The notes beneath the pieces were generated by a model that searched no databases, was not told the DNA's origin, and saw only the letters and a program-made list of their open reading frames with translations. 64,000 nt of DNA from NCBI GenBank assembly GCA_964252035.1, contig OZ176209.1; one strand, given 5' to 3'. How positions within the stretch are numbered: position 1 is the first letter of the stretch; every line of letters begins with the position of its first letter. A program made the position numbers and the translations under genes. Below, piece after piece: positions 49,976 through 63,600 of this stretch. The DNA comes from Podarcis erhardii (taxonomy: Eukaryota).

Positions 49976-52002
49976 CAGCATATAAATAAAATGAACGAAC
50001 GAATGAATTTTGTGCCATTTCATGTGCATTAGCTGCACTGATTTTAATAGAGCATGTTTTAATGTTGGCGTTTTATTCTCATGATATCTTCAAAAATCTG
50101 CGGAGTCTTTTTTCAGTACACCCATCAGAGATGTAACCAGGCACAAAGGAAATTGCTGTTTGTTGAGTTGGGAAGGATTACTATATAAGAGACTATAAAT
50201 CACAAGATTGTCATTTTGCAACAATTTCCAGTAAGAGGTTTTCAGAATGGTAAGAATTCAGAAGGTACTCATAAGAATACCCTCCCTTTTCTAATAGAGT
50301 TTTGTGTTTGGTTGCATCTATGATAAGATTTCTAGAAGAGAATACAAAGATGCTGCAAGTTAGTATGTTAGAGGACTTGAGTTACTGACTACAATTAAAA
50401 AGGTAGGCTAAAGAGAACAACCAGCATATGATTGGAAACTTTATTTATAGTGTACCTTTGCTTTAGAAAGAAGTTCTTACATCAGTCTGAACACCATGCA
50501 CCCCATTAAAGACAAACACCAAGAGCCACATTTAATATTGAGTTTAAATGTTCTGTGAAAAATAATAAAAGAGAGAGATAATATAACTTGGGCACCAAAA
50601 CAAACATTCTAAAAGAACGTTCTGAAACAGCCACAGCTTGTTTTCAGAATAACCTTGATTTTTAGAAAATTCGGCTGCAATAAATGCTCAGAAACTGTAA
50701 TCTGACTGGAGCACAGTGAGCCTTTCCAAGGAAATTGGTAACTTCCATCACATCACCTAATACTAGTATGGGGTTCTCCCTGACCCATCACATATCTGGG
50801 ATTTTCAAGAGTTATGTTAATAAATAACTAGATTTTTCAAAACTACCTTCCCACTTGTCTGACATAGACACTAAAGTGGTAAGATGTACCTCCCCAATGT
50901 GGGCTGTTCTCCATGCAGAAGCATGCTCCAGTAGGCCCAAGAGCACTTTCCTGTGTTAGCACAGCTCTATGGTGGTCCCCTTTCCTATGAAAGGGATAAT
51001 CAACATAGTACTCTCCACATGCTGTTGAACTACAACTCCCATAATTCTTGATCACTGGCCATTCTGGCAGAAGTTGATGGGAGTTTGTGTCCAATAAAGA
51101 TTAAACCAAAGATTCCCCATCCATCAGTCACTGAAGACTTTGGTTCAGCCTATAACCCTTCATTCTCTCACAGAGACAGAAAGAGATTAGGGTAGAAGGG
51201 ACTGTGGATATTTCAGGAAAGTGGTAGTACACAAGGAAGGAAAAACCCACACGGAAAGAAAACCCACAGGGAAACAAATAGGGGAAACAAACTTATAAAA
51301 GGAATGAAGCCTGGTCCAGCAGGCTTCTTCTTACGTTCCCATGTGGACAATCTAGGCTGAAGGTGACCAGGGATCTCTTAACTCATGTTCACACTTTCCC
51401 TGAAGAAGAGTTGTTTGTACAAGTGTGCACTTTCTTTTGTATCTGTGGGCTTGATTCATACAAGTACCTCAGCTCATAGATCTTGTTTGTGTGGTAGAGA
51501 AGCAACCTCCCCCCCCTCCGGCATGGGAAAGAGTGTGTGAATCAGCATGTTCATGCCTAGACCCCATACACACCTGAAGTGCTTATAAGAGATCTTACTT
51601 TGTGGTAAGAGAGGAGCGTATGCCCCTCCACCCATGTGAAGAAAGTATATCAAGGAAAGCATATCAAATTGAGATGCATTGCCTTACTAGGAAAACTGTA
51701 TTCTTGTGTACCTGAAAACCTTCACTGAAACATGCTGTGTATGTTACTATTTTGGTAGATTTCCATTATTCCCTCCCCACAGTTCCATTTGGAGGCCTTA
51801 TCTCTTTTTGCTTTTTAGCCTGCCTTAGTGGGCCTGATGCCATAGCAACACATTTGTTGAATCACTTTCAACCCATACAGACCTCTCTGCTATGGCATTA
51901 GGTTGGGGGGAAACATGGTGGTCCTCCACTTAATCTTCAGCTTAATACTCAAATGGATTGCTGTGACTATTTAGTAATATTAATATTATTTATTCAATTT
52001 AT

Positions 52003-52041
52003 ATCCTGCCCTTCCTCCCGAAGGAGTCCAGTACTGCATCA

Positions 52042-52087
<46 letters not shown>

Positions 52088-52128
52088 TGATGGTCAGTAC
52101 TGGACTCCTTCGGGAGGAAGGGCAGGAT
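52003..52128. repeat. Near-perfect 126-bp palindrome centred on (TA)n
   Basis: ATCCTGCCCTTCCTCCCGAAGGAGTCCAGTACTG-CATCACC-(AT)n-GGTGATG-gt-CAGTACTGGACTCCTTCGGGAGGAAGGGCAGGAT. Confidence 0.95.
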
Positions 52129-52774
52129 CGTTGCCATTTCCTGTCCATTTTTTCTATCCTTGCGGAGAAACCTCTACATACTGCAGAAGGTTTTGGAGCA
52201 AACATATCCCAGTGTATAAAGATAAAGTCACAGAAAAGTACTGCCATGCTCATGGTGGCGTCTCATGGTCTCCCTGTGACTATAAATTACAGAGGAAGGC
52301 TGAATTGGTGGACAAAGTATCTTCTGAGGAAGAATTTATGGCATTACTAATTTTCTGTTGAAAGGAATTCACATGTACTAAGCTGTTCCACAGAGAGAGG
52401 TTCTCTGTGAACATCCAAGAGGAGAAAATAATGTCTTAGCTAATGGATCACGTTGCTTAAGGCATATAAAAATGTGTGTACTTGGCTGGCTTTAAAAGAG
52501 GATATGGCATGCTTCTGAATGCTGGTTGCTGGGAATCACAAGGTGGGAGGACACAGTTGTCCTCAGGTCCTGCTTGCAGCTTCCCACAGACGTTTGGTTG
52601 GCCACTCTGAAAACTCAATGCTGAATTAGATGGCCTGATGAAACAGGCCTCTTACTATGGTCTTGTGGGCATGAACCAGATCTGACATGACTAAGGACAA
52701 CTTCTGTCTTCATATATAAAAGATGTTTGTGGTCTAATTTATTTCTCCCATCCTCTTTGAACAAACTGAAGTTA

Positions 52775-52912
<138 letters not shown>

Positions 52913-53311
52913 TCAAAAGAGCCTGAATAACCTTTCTTCAGTAAAAATGACAATATGGAAACTGTGTTAACTCAAACACAAACAAAACTACCTTTTTTAT
53001 TCAAGTCATAATAAAAAACCCTGTTTGTATACATAGCGTGCAATGAAATAATGCTTGCAGTGCAGGCTTTATTGGGGCAGACTAGACAATTCATGGAAGG
53101 CCCTGCATATTAGCTTTCTGGGAAAGCAATAATCACTCTAAAACACCACCAGAGTAGAGGAGAAAAAAGGGGAAATGACAGGGTGAAAGCAGGGCGAACA
53201 ATCTTTTGACTTCCAGCCAGAAGGATATTAGATAGACTGGAAGAGAGGCTTGAACAGTACTCAAGCTTGAACAAAAGTTAAAAAATAGTCGATGTGGGAA
53301 AAGCCACTTAC

Positions 53312-53386
53312 TGTAAACCGTGGCGTCAGTTTTTTTATTTCTTCTAGCGACACATCAACTCCCATTACTCCAAGTATCAACTGGTT
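53312..53386 (-). CDS. CACNA2D1: CACNA2D1 exon 17 (75 nt) [25 protein letters not shown]
   Basis: cccag|AACCAG...TTTACA|gtaagt. Confidence 0.97.
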
Positions 53387-54527
53387 CTGGGAAAAGATTT
53401 TTTAAAACGTTAGTTCTCAGATGGCTGAACAGTCAGGAAACCTGCCCTTCTCTTTTTCTACATTCCTTTCAGCAGTTTTGTTCTTTTTTCATTGTGGACC
53501 TCTAGTGTTGCTAATTAACAAAGAATTTAACAGCAATGTAGTGGCTGTATGATTACAGAAGCTCAAACACAACCATGCAGCCGCTCAGGTATCAACATTT
53601 GTGGAATGCCTGCACATGAACTATAGAGCTGAAAATTTAGTACAGATGTAGTCCAAGAAATCCTAACTTCCATGAGAATCTGGAAATGGGATATTTGTAC
53701 ACCTCCTCATCAAAACAGTGGCCCCAATGTACCCCTGAATCAAGGGTTGTAGAAACAATGTAGGAACCTGACTTACAGCATGTCAGACACTTGCTTTGCT
53801 GATGCTCTGCACACGTCCCCTCTGCGCTGGCATTGTTGCCATAGGAAACTCACAGGGGTACATTCTGGTGGCTTGGCTGGCCAGATGAACCCTGTCTTGA
53901 TATCTATTAGAATGTTTTTATTGGCATCTAGTTTCCAAATTTTGGAAATTTTGATCAGCCTAATCAAGTGGAACAAACATACACTGTTGAAAACACACTT
54001 ATAATTACCCTACAAGACTGGCTGTTCACTCTTGATTCCTGAAACTTTTTATTTATTGTACATTAGGATATCATTTCATCATTCCAGAGTTTTTGTAAAC
54101 ATCTCTGATCTTCCTTTTGCCAAGAAGCAAGTTCTAGCAGCATTCTTTCCAATGCCATTTTTCATTTCCATTAACATTTTCTTTATGATACCGTCACACT
54201 GTTACAATGGCAAAAACCACTATGGAATAAAAGAGCAGCTTGACCTGAATTCCCCCCCCCCCCGCAAGTTGGACATTTGGTAATAAAATGTGACATTGTT
54301 ATTTTTGGTCTGGACACAACACAAAACATCGCAAGTTTCAATTTCTAAAGGCGGCTTGTAAGTCAAAGTTTGTCACCATAACTTGCAAGCTATTCCAAGT
54401 CCATCAAAGTACTTTTGTTTTAAAGGGAAATCAGGTGCACTGAAGTAGTTTAAAGTCAAGTTGTTCAGATGGTTTGCCTTGTTGGGATGACAATTTTACA
54501 TGTTCCTGGGGTTCCATCTCCGCCTAC

Positions 54528-54596
54528 CTGCTTCTCGTTTTGGTCTTTTGTCAAGTTGAAGACAGGCAGGGTTCCAGAAATGACCAAGCCAAGTTC
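54528..54596 (-). CDS. CACNA2D1: CACNA2D1 exon 16 (69 nt) ELGLVISGTLPVFNLTKDQNEKQ
   Basis: tctag|GAACTT...AAGCAG|gtaggc; 3 codons shorter than the recalled mammalian exon. Confidence 0.94.
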
Positions 54597-56959
54597 CTAG
54601 AAAATGATCACAAGGAGATCTTGTCCATATTTTGTGTCGGAACACAGAAATATCTATTCAAGCACATATTCATTTAAATTTAATGAATAGCGAAAACACA
54701 TTTGGATAAAAAGCACAACGATTTTTAAAATCAAATTTCATAAAGAAAATATATGCACCTGCGGTTTAAACCATGTATGTTGAAGCTTTTTTCAAAAAGC
54801 ATTGGTCCTATGCTTCTGAGTTCTAATCCCCTGCACAACACACCTTCTCATTGATAAATATAGATATGAAACCTTTAGCATTAAACAGCTACAAAACCAG
54901 CTGTGAGTGTCTCACAAGTATGTGCAGAGACCGCCATATTTTCTTCTACTGTCTAGGAATACCTTGCCCATGAACATGGAACATAGGAAAAGGACAGAAG
55001 CCATCAAAGCATCATTATTTGGGCCACCCGACATTAGCAGAGATGCTAAAAAGCACAATGAAGTATACCCTGGATGGGAACATCTTCAATGTGATTCTAA
55101 GGCCAATCACAGTAGCCCAGGATTATCTGCCACTATGCAATGCAGAAGAAAGGAGACTGTCATAGTTTAATGGCAAGGGGAGTATACTGGTGTTATATAA
55201 TATTTGTTGCTGCACAAAACTCTCTAGGCATGGGTACAACTGAAGCAGATTGCTTAGGATTAGACCATAAGGAATAGGATCCCATAACTGTTTTGTGTCA
55301 TAGCATATTCATATAATTTATTTGCTTTTTATTGCTGAGGGGTGGGAGACATAATTTGGGGAATTTGTTTAAATATGAAGTGGAGCAATGGTTACACAAT
55401 GGTATTGTTTTGGATTCACTGGCCCAGTTCAGAACTTTCCTCTTCTCCTTGCATGTTCTTACTTTAGTGCTGACATTTAAGAACAGGATGTGCAGGAAGA
55501 TATGAACTTTCTCCATGACATTTCCAGTAAGTACCTCATCAGCAACCAAGAAAGAGTGTCAATGAACTCCTGAGCATTGTAACTATAATGATACAAAAAA
55601 CTGCTCCACTTTGACACAGAGAACTCATAATAGGCTGATTACATTTTTTTAAAATAACCCCCCCCCCAAGAGATACTGCATCTTATTTCCTACCAGAATG
55701 GAACTTTAGCTGGTCAAGTGGCCAAGAATAAGAGCAAGGTTTTCAGAATATAAACCACAGTAACAACTGAAACCTGTTGGCACTATTGGCACTATTTATT
55801 TTAAGTGGAAAAGCTTTTGATGGCAATGCTTAGCCTTTTGCCGTTTCCTGCATGCATCTTTTGCACATTTCCAGTGATAAACTAAAAAGCCAGAAAGCTG
55901 TTGGGGTTGTGATCTCTTGAGCAGGGTTAAAGAAAACAAAAATGGCCCCAGTGTGATTCAGGCATGTGATAAAAATGGGGCTAATTTCATTATGGCAATC
56001 AAGTGCTGAAGAATATGCACTCTGCAGGGATTATTTACCAGCTCAAGACCACTTTATTCTGAATGTCTGGTACAAACAAGGGTGTGTGCACCTGCATATG
56101 CATGCAGGTGTGTCTGTTTCCATCTGAAAACACAAACAATAAACACACACGAGGCCCATTCAGTCGTTCATTTGCTTCCATGTTGAACAACATGGGGGCA
56201 ATGAGAAGGGGCATGTCTAGTCGCCAGACCCTTGATGTTTTGCACATCCCTCCTGACATCTGTGCATCAAGCAAGGTGGCCTTCATTATCAGGATTGCAG
56301 TTCATGTGTGTAACTAGAGGCTCAAAGGCTCCCTTACTACAGATGCTTGTGCTTGAAGTGCGCAAGAAGAGCCTGCTGGATCAGTCCAATGACCCATCTA
56401 GTCCAGCATCCTGCAATTACAGTAGCCAACCAGATGTCTGTGGGAAACCATCAAACAGGACCGGAGCAAGAGTTCTCCCCCCTCCGACAGCTTCTATGTA
56501 CACAATGAGTGACTTTCATGCAGGGAATCAGGGTTGGAGGGGAAGGGTAGTACAGGGGTGGGCAACCTGTGGTTCCAGGGCCAAATGCAACCCTTGGCTG
56601 AATTTGATGCAGTGGGGCACAAGGGGAAGAAAAAGGCCCACGTCCTTGCCCCCCACCAGCATGCAACCTCTGACAGATGGTCTATGGGACTGTGAATGAC
56701 CCTGACAGCAAATGATTCCCTGCCCCCTATCTAGTATATATCCAGTCCCAAGACTAAAACTAAAATATATGTCATTCCTTCAGGGAAAGAGTTGCACAAA
56801 CTCCAACGCTAGGTGAACTTCATAGTTGAAATCTTCCTAAATCTAAATCAGCTTTTTAACACCTATGATTATTTGCCTACATTGTTCGTACCATTTTGCC
56901 ACCCACTTCCTAGTAATGGAAGATATTCAGGGTTAAATACCCACAGATTCTTATTTTCT

Positions 56960-57200
56960 CAAGGCTAAGCTTCCTACTTTCTTCAGGTTCTGTTTTGAAA
57001 GATGTGCATTTCAGATCTTTTAGCCATCCATTTGCTCTCCTCTGAAGCATTTCCAAGTTGTCAAACCTTCTTCCCAGAAGTGAACACAGCACTGCTTTTA
57101 ACAGCAATTAATAGAGAAGCATGAAGTGGAAACAATGCTCCTGCTGATAACTGTTGTGACCTTTGGTGGCCCAGAATCGCAGACACAATTCCCTCGTCAT
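56960..57200 (-). mobile_element. Old CR1 ORF2 fragment
   Basis: LEMLQRRA..LKDLK...LSLEK resembles CR1 LERVQRRATKMI.GLE...LFSLEK. Confidence 0.65.
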
Positions 57201-57521
57201 TCTTGGAAATGCTGGTGCAATCTTGCCAATATCCAGCACTCCTTCCTTCCCTCATTGTGCTTCTGCATTTGACTCCTTTTCCAGTCTATAATGCTTTGCA
57301 TTTCTCCTTGGTGAATTTAACTCTCTTGCAATCTGGTTTGCTCTCCACTGAAATGGTCCTGAATCCTGAGCCCATCCAGTCTTTCCCACTTGCATCAAAC
57401 AAATTGAATAGGCCACTTTTTCCCCCCACTGCAAGACTGACATGCAAACAAATAATTTTAATTATAAAGATTTCATATTCAAAGTATGCTTTCTTTTGCT
57501 GCGTCATGGCAGCGTGCATCA

Positions 57522-57617
<96 letters not shown>

Positions 57618-57859
57618 TCAAAACAAACATTGAGTCAGTTGACTGAGAAATGTTTTTTCCCCCCTTTAAGTCCACGAGCAAAGCTCAGATGCAAAGCCTT
57701 CTAAAAAGTAACCTCTGTTGTGCCATAAACCTAGGGACAGTTGCCTGGGTGAGAAATGGGGAAATGGAGCTGAAAGATGCGCAGAGTATTGTCTGAGATG
57801 GGGCTTTCCCTCTGTGGGAGAACGAGATCAAAGTGATGTGTGGAAGACTGGGATGTGAG

Positions 57860-58140
57860 CCTGGTAAAGAGTCATGGAAGTGACTACTAGTCGCTCCCAG
57901 TATGTTCCTGAACACAATTCAAAGTGTTGGACCTAACATGACTTTGGACCTGCATACCAGAAGGAGTGTCTCCACCCCCATCGTTCAGCCCGGATGCTGA
58001 GGTCCAGCTCCAAGGGCCTTCTGGCGGTTCCCTCACAGCAAGAAGCGAAGTTACAGGGAACCACACAGAAGGCCTTCTCGGTAGTTGCACCCACTCTGTG
58101 GAATACCCTCCCATCAGAAGGAAATAAACAGCTATCTGAC
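57860..58140 (+). mobile_element. L2-clade LINE fragment
   Basis: Homologous to 49000-49270. Confidence 0.82.
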
Positions 58141-58429
58141 TTTTAGCCAAGTGTCTTGTTTAGCGTTTTGGAAGGCAGCGTGAGGGCTTTGGGGAGGGGT
58201 GCCAAATTTTTGCCCATCTCTGTCACCCCCACATGACAAGGCAGTGTGTGGTGCACGGATTCTGTGTTGAAGTACTCTTGCAGCCCAATTGGTATGAAAA
58301 GTTGGGCCACCCAGGTTTGGGAGATTGTATTTTGGGGGGTGGATTGGGGGCATCCTAATTTGTAGTCTTGAGTTGAAGGTTACCACCAGTGTGGGATGGT
58401 TGAGACAGGTAAGGAGAAAAGGCCACATA

Positions 58430-58675
58430 CAGTGGTACCTCGTGTTACGAACTTAATCCATTCCAGAGGTCGGTTCATAACAAGAAACTGCTCGTAACGA
58501 GGTGAGCTTTCACTAATGGCACCTCCCGCTGATGCCGTGCCACCAGAGTGCAACTTCCGTTCACATCCCAGGGCAAAGGTCGCAACAAGGGGCATCTACT
58601 TCCAGGTCAGTGGAGCGTGTAACCTGCAGCATTTGTAAGGGGGGGGGGAGCAGTATGTAACACGAGGTACCACTG
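58430..58675. mobile_element. Tc1/mariner-type MITE
   Basis: TA-CAGTGGTACCTCGTGTTAC...GTAACACGAGGTACCACTG-TA; related to 31921-32146. Confidence 0.9.
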
Positions 58676-59696
58676 TACATTTGACAGCTGTGACCTTTTC
58701 TGGGCCATCCATCCTTCAGTCATCACAACCCGGGTGACCATGTCAGCTTCCCTCCCACCTGGTGGTGCCTTTAGTGCACTCCAGATCCATCATTTATAGT
58801 GAATCAGAGAGACCTTTGTGGATGAATAGGGGGCTAGATCACCCAAGCTGGAAATACCAGCGTAAGAAGGAGAATTCTTATGTGTCAAAACCATCTCTCA
58901 CACCAGTAAGCCTGTGCAGTGGGTGTGAAGGGCTGTTCCTGGACGTAGGACAAAGTTCTGTGCCTGAGTTGACAGAGGTGGTCTCAAGTGCTGTGCTGGA
59001 CTGTCCCCTAGCACCCATCCTGGGGGACTTCAACATTCATGCAAAGCCAGGGCCATTTTGGGACTGAGAAAGCACTAAATTCTCTGGTTCATAACCTCTA
59101 CTGGGAGAGAGATGAGGAAGTGTGGCCCTGCTGATTCACTCTGATCTTTCAGCAGCTTTTGAGGCCTCTCTCACAGTGCCCTTCTGGAGTGTCTCTGAAT
59201 TTAAGGTATGGTAATGCAGTGGTTTTTCTCCGACATGCAGAACTGTAACCACAGAGTGGCATTTCGGATCTCTTTTTCAGCCCTACGCAGGGTTCTATTC
59301 TGCCCCTTAATATGGTTTAACATCTATACCAGGGATGAGCAGCATGTGGCCCTCCAGATGTTGTTGGACTACAACTCCCATCATCACTAACCACTGGTCA
59401 TGCTGGCTGATGCTGATGGAAGCTAGAGCTGAACAACATCTGGAGCACCACAGGTTTCCCATTCCTCATCTATATAAAGGCACTGAGAGTTGCTCAGTGG
59501 ATATTCTGTCACAGAAATTATTACAGATTGATTTGGAATCAATCTTGTGCAAAATAAAGCAAAGTGAAAATGTTTTGCTGAGAGGCCTCACCCAAGAAAA
59601 TATGTCCAAAAACAGCCCTGTGAGGTATTGTGGTGACTGGTTCTCATGCAAGGCTTTCAAATATGATTGCTGTTCTATAAATTCTTGCAAACGTAC

Positions 59697-59746
59697 CTGT
59701 GTGTTTATTCTTATGGCACCAATAGAAGGAATTTCATAATAGTAGC
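59697..59746 (-). CDS. CACNA2D1: CACNA2D1 exon 14 (50 nt) (G)YYYEIPSIGAIRINTQ
   Basis: ttcag|GCTAC...ACACAG|gtacgt; peptide matches recalled alpha2delta-1. Confidence 0.97.
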
Positions 59747-59954
59747 CTGAAATACAAAACATAAAACAGGCTTCTCACTGGGTGACACCAGCACTCTAGA
59801 ATGCTGTTTCCACAAAATCAGTCAGGAACACCTACTGTTCTGATATTTCATTGCCTACTGAAAATGCTTCATTTCAACAAGTGATTTTAGGGCATTCATT
59901 TGATTCGGTGTCAGTGCTATTTTGCTCCAATAAAGAGAAATAAGTGCACAATAC

Positions 59955-60033
59955 CTTTGTTTTTGCAGGCCATCCATTGTATGGGTCCCTTGTCATAATT
60001 ATGTTGACCAACAGAAAATGTAAATACACGGAC
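59955..60033 (-). CDS. CACNA2D1: CACNA2D1 exon 13 (79 nt) [26 protein letters not shown](G)
   Basis: cctag|GTCCGT...AACAAAG|gtattg; end of VWA domain; phase 0 to 1. Confidence 0.96.
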
Positions 60034-60638
60034 CTAGGAAAATACAAAAAGAGGAGTTGAATAAGTTCATTAATACAAGAGACATTATTCTTTTTTTTTA
60101 AAAAAAATGCTGAATGCTAGATAATCACAACTGAATTTCACCAGTGAATTACCATGCTTTTCTCTCCTTCTATACTTTTATAATGTCCCAGAATGGCCAC
60201 TGGGCACCATGACTCACATAACTGCTTTTTCCTTCATTTTCAATTAAAACAAGTGGTGACAAACTCCATAAATTGCTTTCATCCACAAATAATGTACTTT
60301 ATTGAAACTGAAACTTAATCCTGATGAAACTGAGGTACTGTTAGTGGGTGAATTCCTAGACATATGAATCAGCCTGAAAAATTACTTTGGACAAGAATAT
60401 TCATATTTCTCTAAACATATTGGTGAATGAACAAGGATTTTTACTACCTAATCAATTAACATTATTATTATTATTATTATTATTATTATGAAACCAATTA
60501 ACATTATTTTGTAATAATTCTAGCTGCCAAAAAAGTTTGCATCTTTCACTCTTAATAGCTATTAACAATATTGTATACCGGCAAAAAAAGTCACTACTTT
60601 TGACATTTGAAATGCTATTTTGTTCTGAATCTAATTAT

Positions 60639-60652
60639 TGCCACCTAGTGGA
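60639..60652 (-). promoter_or_regulatory. CTCF-like motif
   Basis: TCCACTAGGTGGCA on the minus strand. Confidence 0.45.
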
Positions 60653-63600
60653 AGAGCTGAGGATGTGTCAGATAGTTTGTGTTTTCCCTAAGGAAAAAGC
60701 AAGGCTCATTGCTTAATTTGATTTTTTTACATGGATCAAATTAAATCATATTAGGGTGCCAATCAAGAGTATGCCCTTTTTTTACTGCCACATTCAAAGC
60801 AGTCTACTGGGAAAACTAACAGCAGAGCAGAGGTCTCCCTTGCATAAAGACTTTGAAGCTTATCTTATATTTCAAGAAAAACTAGTCTGTACTGTATATT
60901 TTTGCATTTGAAAGGTGAATCTGGCTGACCCTGCTAAAACTCAGGGAGGCATTTGGGAAATGGTCAGTGGCATTGTTCGCTCTTGCCAAAGGAAACACAG
61001 TGACTTTGAACATTACAGGAACATGGCGACAAGCTAGTACAGCACAACAAGTCAGTAAGGCACTCACTTTGTGTGCTCATCATTTACATCCTGAGCTGCT
61101 TTCAGACATGCATTTCATTGAACCACTCAACTACATTCCAAAAATGAATGTCAATTATCCTGGTTTAGTTTACTGTGTTAGTTTAATGTGTTAAGGTTGT
61201 GTTTCGTATTGTTTATGTATTGTATTTTTTTTCTCTTTTTTGTTCTTTTTTTTTCTTTTGTCTTCTTTCTTCCTTTTCTTTTTTGTAAGCTTTAAAAGTA
61301 ATAAATATTATTTTTTAAAAATATGAAATCCTGGAGAGCCTTTGCCAGTTGGTGGAGACCAGTGGTTCTCATTTTTCCCCCCCTCTGGGCCACACATTCA
61401 GAATAAAAATTTGCTCATGCCCCAAAAAAAAGAAAAAAGAAAAGAATGTCAATTATCCATTGCTATACTGTACACCCTTTTGCTGGGCTCAGAACTTTAG
61501 CCTTGATTGTTAAGTGAAAGTATTTAAGGGAAGGGTAACAGAAATGAAAATCAGGAAATATTTAGTGTATTTGCAAGTAAAAGAGAAAGAAAACTAAAGG
61601 TAGCTTTTTAAAGATGTAAAGTGGTGGTTTCAACTCCCCTCTCCCCTCTTAATCTTTGTCTCCAATATGTTCTACTGGTATCAATATCTGCCTTCTCCTT
61701 TCAGCTTCCTACCCTCATTACTGTGAGTCCTGCAGCCACAAGCCTCTGATGGCAATTAAATGTTTTCTAAAGTTAAAAGGAGGAAGGAAAGTCCACAGAA
61801 AATCTTAATTTACCAGCAGGGCCCATTTACCAGATCTTTTCATCTTGGAAGTTCCTATCCCATCTACTACAATGACAAATACAGGCTGATTTTATAACGT
61901 ACAAGTCTCAAAAATAATAAACATTTATGCAAATCCAAATCCAATTAATCGAAATTCAATCTTAAGCAAAAGGGGCGAAAACAACAGGAATATGATTTAA
62001 TGAGATGTGAGGCATTCATTTTTACTACCAAAGCTTTCCATATTAATTTTAGCAGGGATAAACCAAGAATATGTAGCCAGGTGTGTTAGCTTTCCAAGCT
62101 TGTATTTAAATGTCTAGGTCATACAATCCTCATAGTGAATGAGATCAGAATCACTAAACTTTTTTTAAAATTTAAATAATTGCTTCCTATCTGGAGATGT
62201 CCTTCCTATGTTCTTTTGTCTACGCTTTTCTTATACAACTCAAGTGATGGCCCTGATCCATAATGTTCCCAAGATATTCCAATTAATTGTTCTCTTCTAC
62301 AGCCACTTCTTTAAAATAGGGGTTTATTCACCTGAAAATCCATTTGATGTGCAAAATGTACACTAAAAGCAAAAAATCTTATACTTTCATACTCTGAACA
62401 TAATGTACATTTTCTTTTATGCAACAGAAAAGAAAAGGCTGTTTATCCGGAAATACTAGAATGGCATTTTTATGGCTTGGAATTGTCCACACTTATAATT
62501 AAATTTTCCTCTGTGCGAGTTTAGCTGCATCAAGTGCAGACAGCAGGTGTCAATAGCAGGTAATTTGCCTAATATGAATACAGCTGAGGAAGAAATCCTG
62601 AATGCAGTCACAAAGCAAGCATTTCCCTCCCCCCACCCCCTTGTCTCCACAATCAAATTTACTAGAAGACGGACTGCTAAATACTGAATTGAGAATCAAA
62701 ATGAAAGAGCAGAGGCCCCCATGTTTGGGCCTTTCTAGCCGTTGCCTCCCTTCCTACCCTGAGTTCCTCTATATATCTTGGGGGACTGAAGGGAGAAAAG
62801 GGAAAAGGACACTATGTGCTTCTGCCTTCCTGCAAAAGCCCTGAAGACACGGCCATTTTCCCCAAGCCTCTGTGCAGGACAGAGGACTGGAGCAAACGGC
62901 TGGGTCTTCTTTCACTTTTCCTTCACCTTTTGTAGACGGGGGTCCAGTTAGGCCCGTTTTCCCCAAACCTCACCCGCTCATCCATCTGCTGACAATCACT
63001 GACGGGCAAGAGGCCAGGGTTTAATTCTGCATTGGCTGTGCAATGCTGCTCCCAACAAGGAACAAGATCCTGCATCCAAAGCAGCAGGATTTAATCTCTG
63101 CTCATCAGATGAGTAGGGGTCTTTTCCTTGATATGCAAATCTGAAAATATTTAATAACAAGCATCTAGAAAACACACTGCACAGACCACTCGCTTAAGGC
63201 TGTCATCTATTCAAGTTTCTTGCCTGAGTACAGCCTGTGGAAGGAAAATCACATCTTAGCTGATGGAATATAGGCCATCCTTCAACTTGATTTGATGCAG
63301 AATAGCTGAGATAGAATTTTCCAATAATAGTAACAACCCAATAGCCTACTCAGCCTAACTGTCAATGTTCTACAGTAATTAATAGCTTTCCATCAAAGCC
63401 CATCTTTCGAAGGCGAAGGGAGAAATTTTATACAGTATTCTTGGGGGGGGGGGGGTACAGTATTAAATACAACAGTAATAAATAGCATACATAGTTGGTA
63501 ACTAGAAATCCTCCTCTCTTTTCCATTTGTTTATATTCAGAATAGAGATATAACGCAGAAAGCGGCATTTAGTCTTAAAAAAGAAGAAGAGAGAATTCAT

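Noticed and set aside
56232-56699. 155-aa plus-strand ORF
   Set aside because: Non-ATG start; runs across CR1-like and hAT-like repeat fragments; no domain recognised.
61831-61885. PVFVIVVDG... VWA-like segment as exon 12
   Set aside because: Poor acceptor, ends in phase 1 where phase 0 is required, and does not match NKIIMLFTDGG. Exon 12 is probably beyond 64000.
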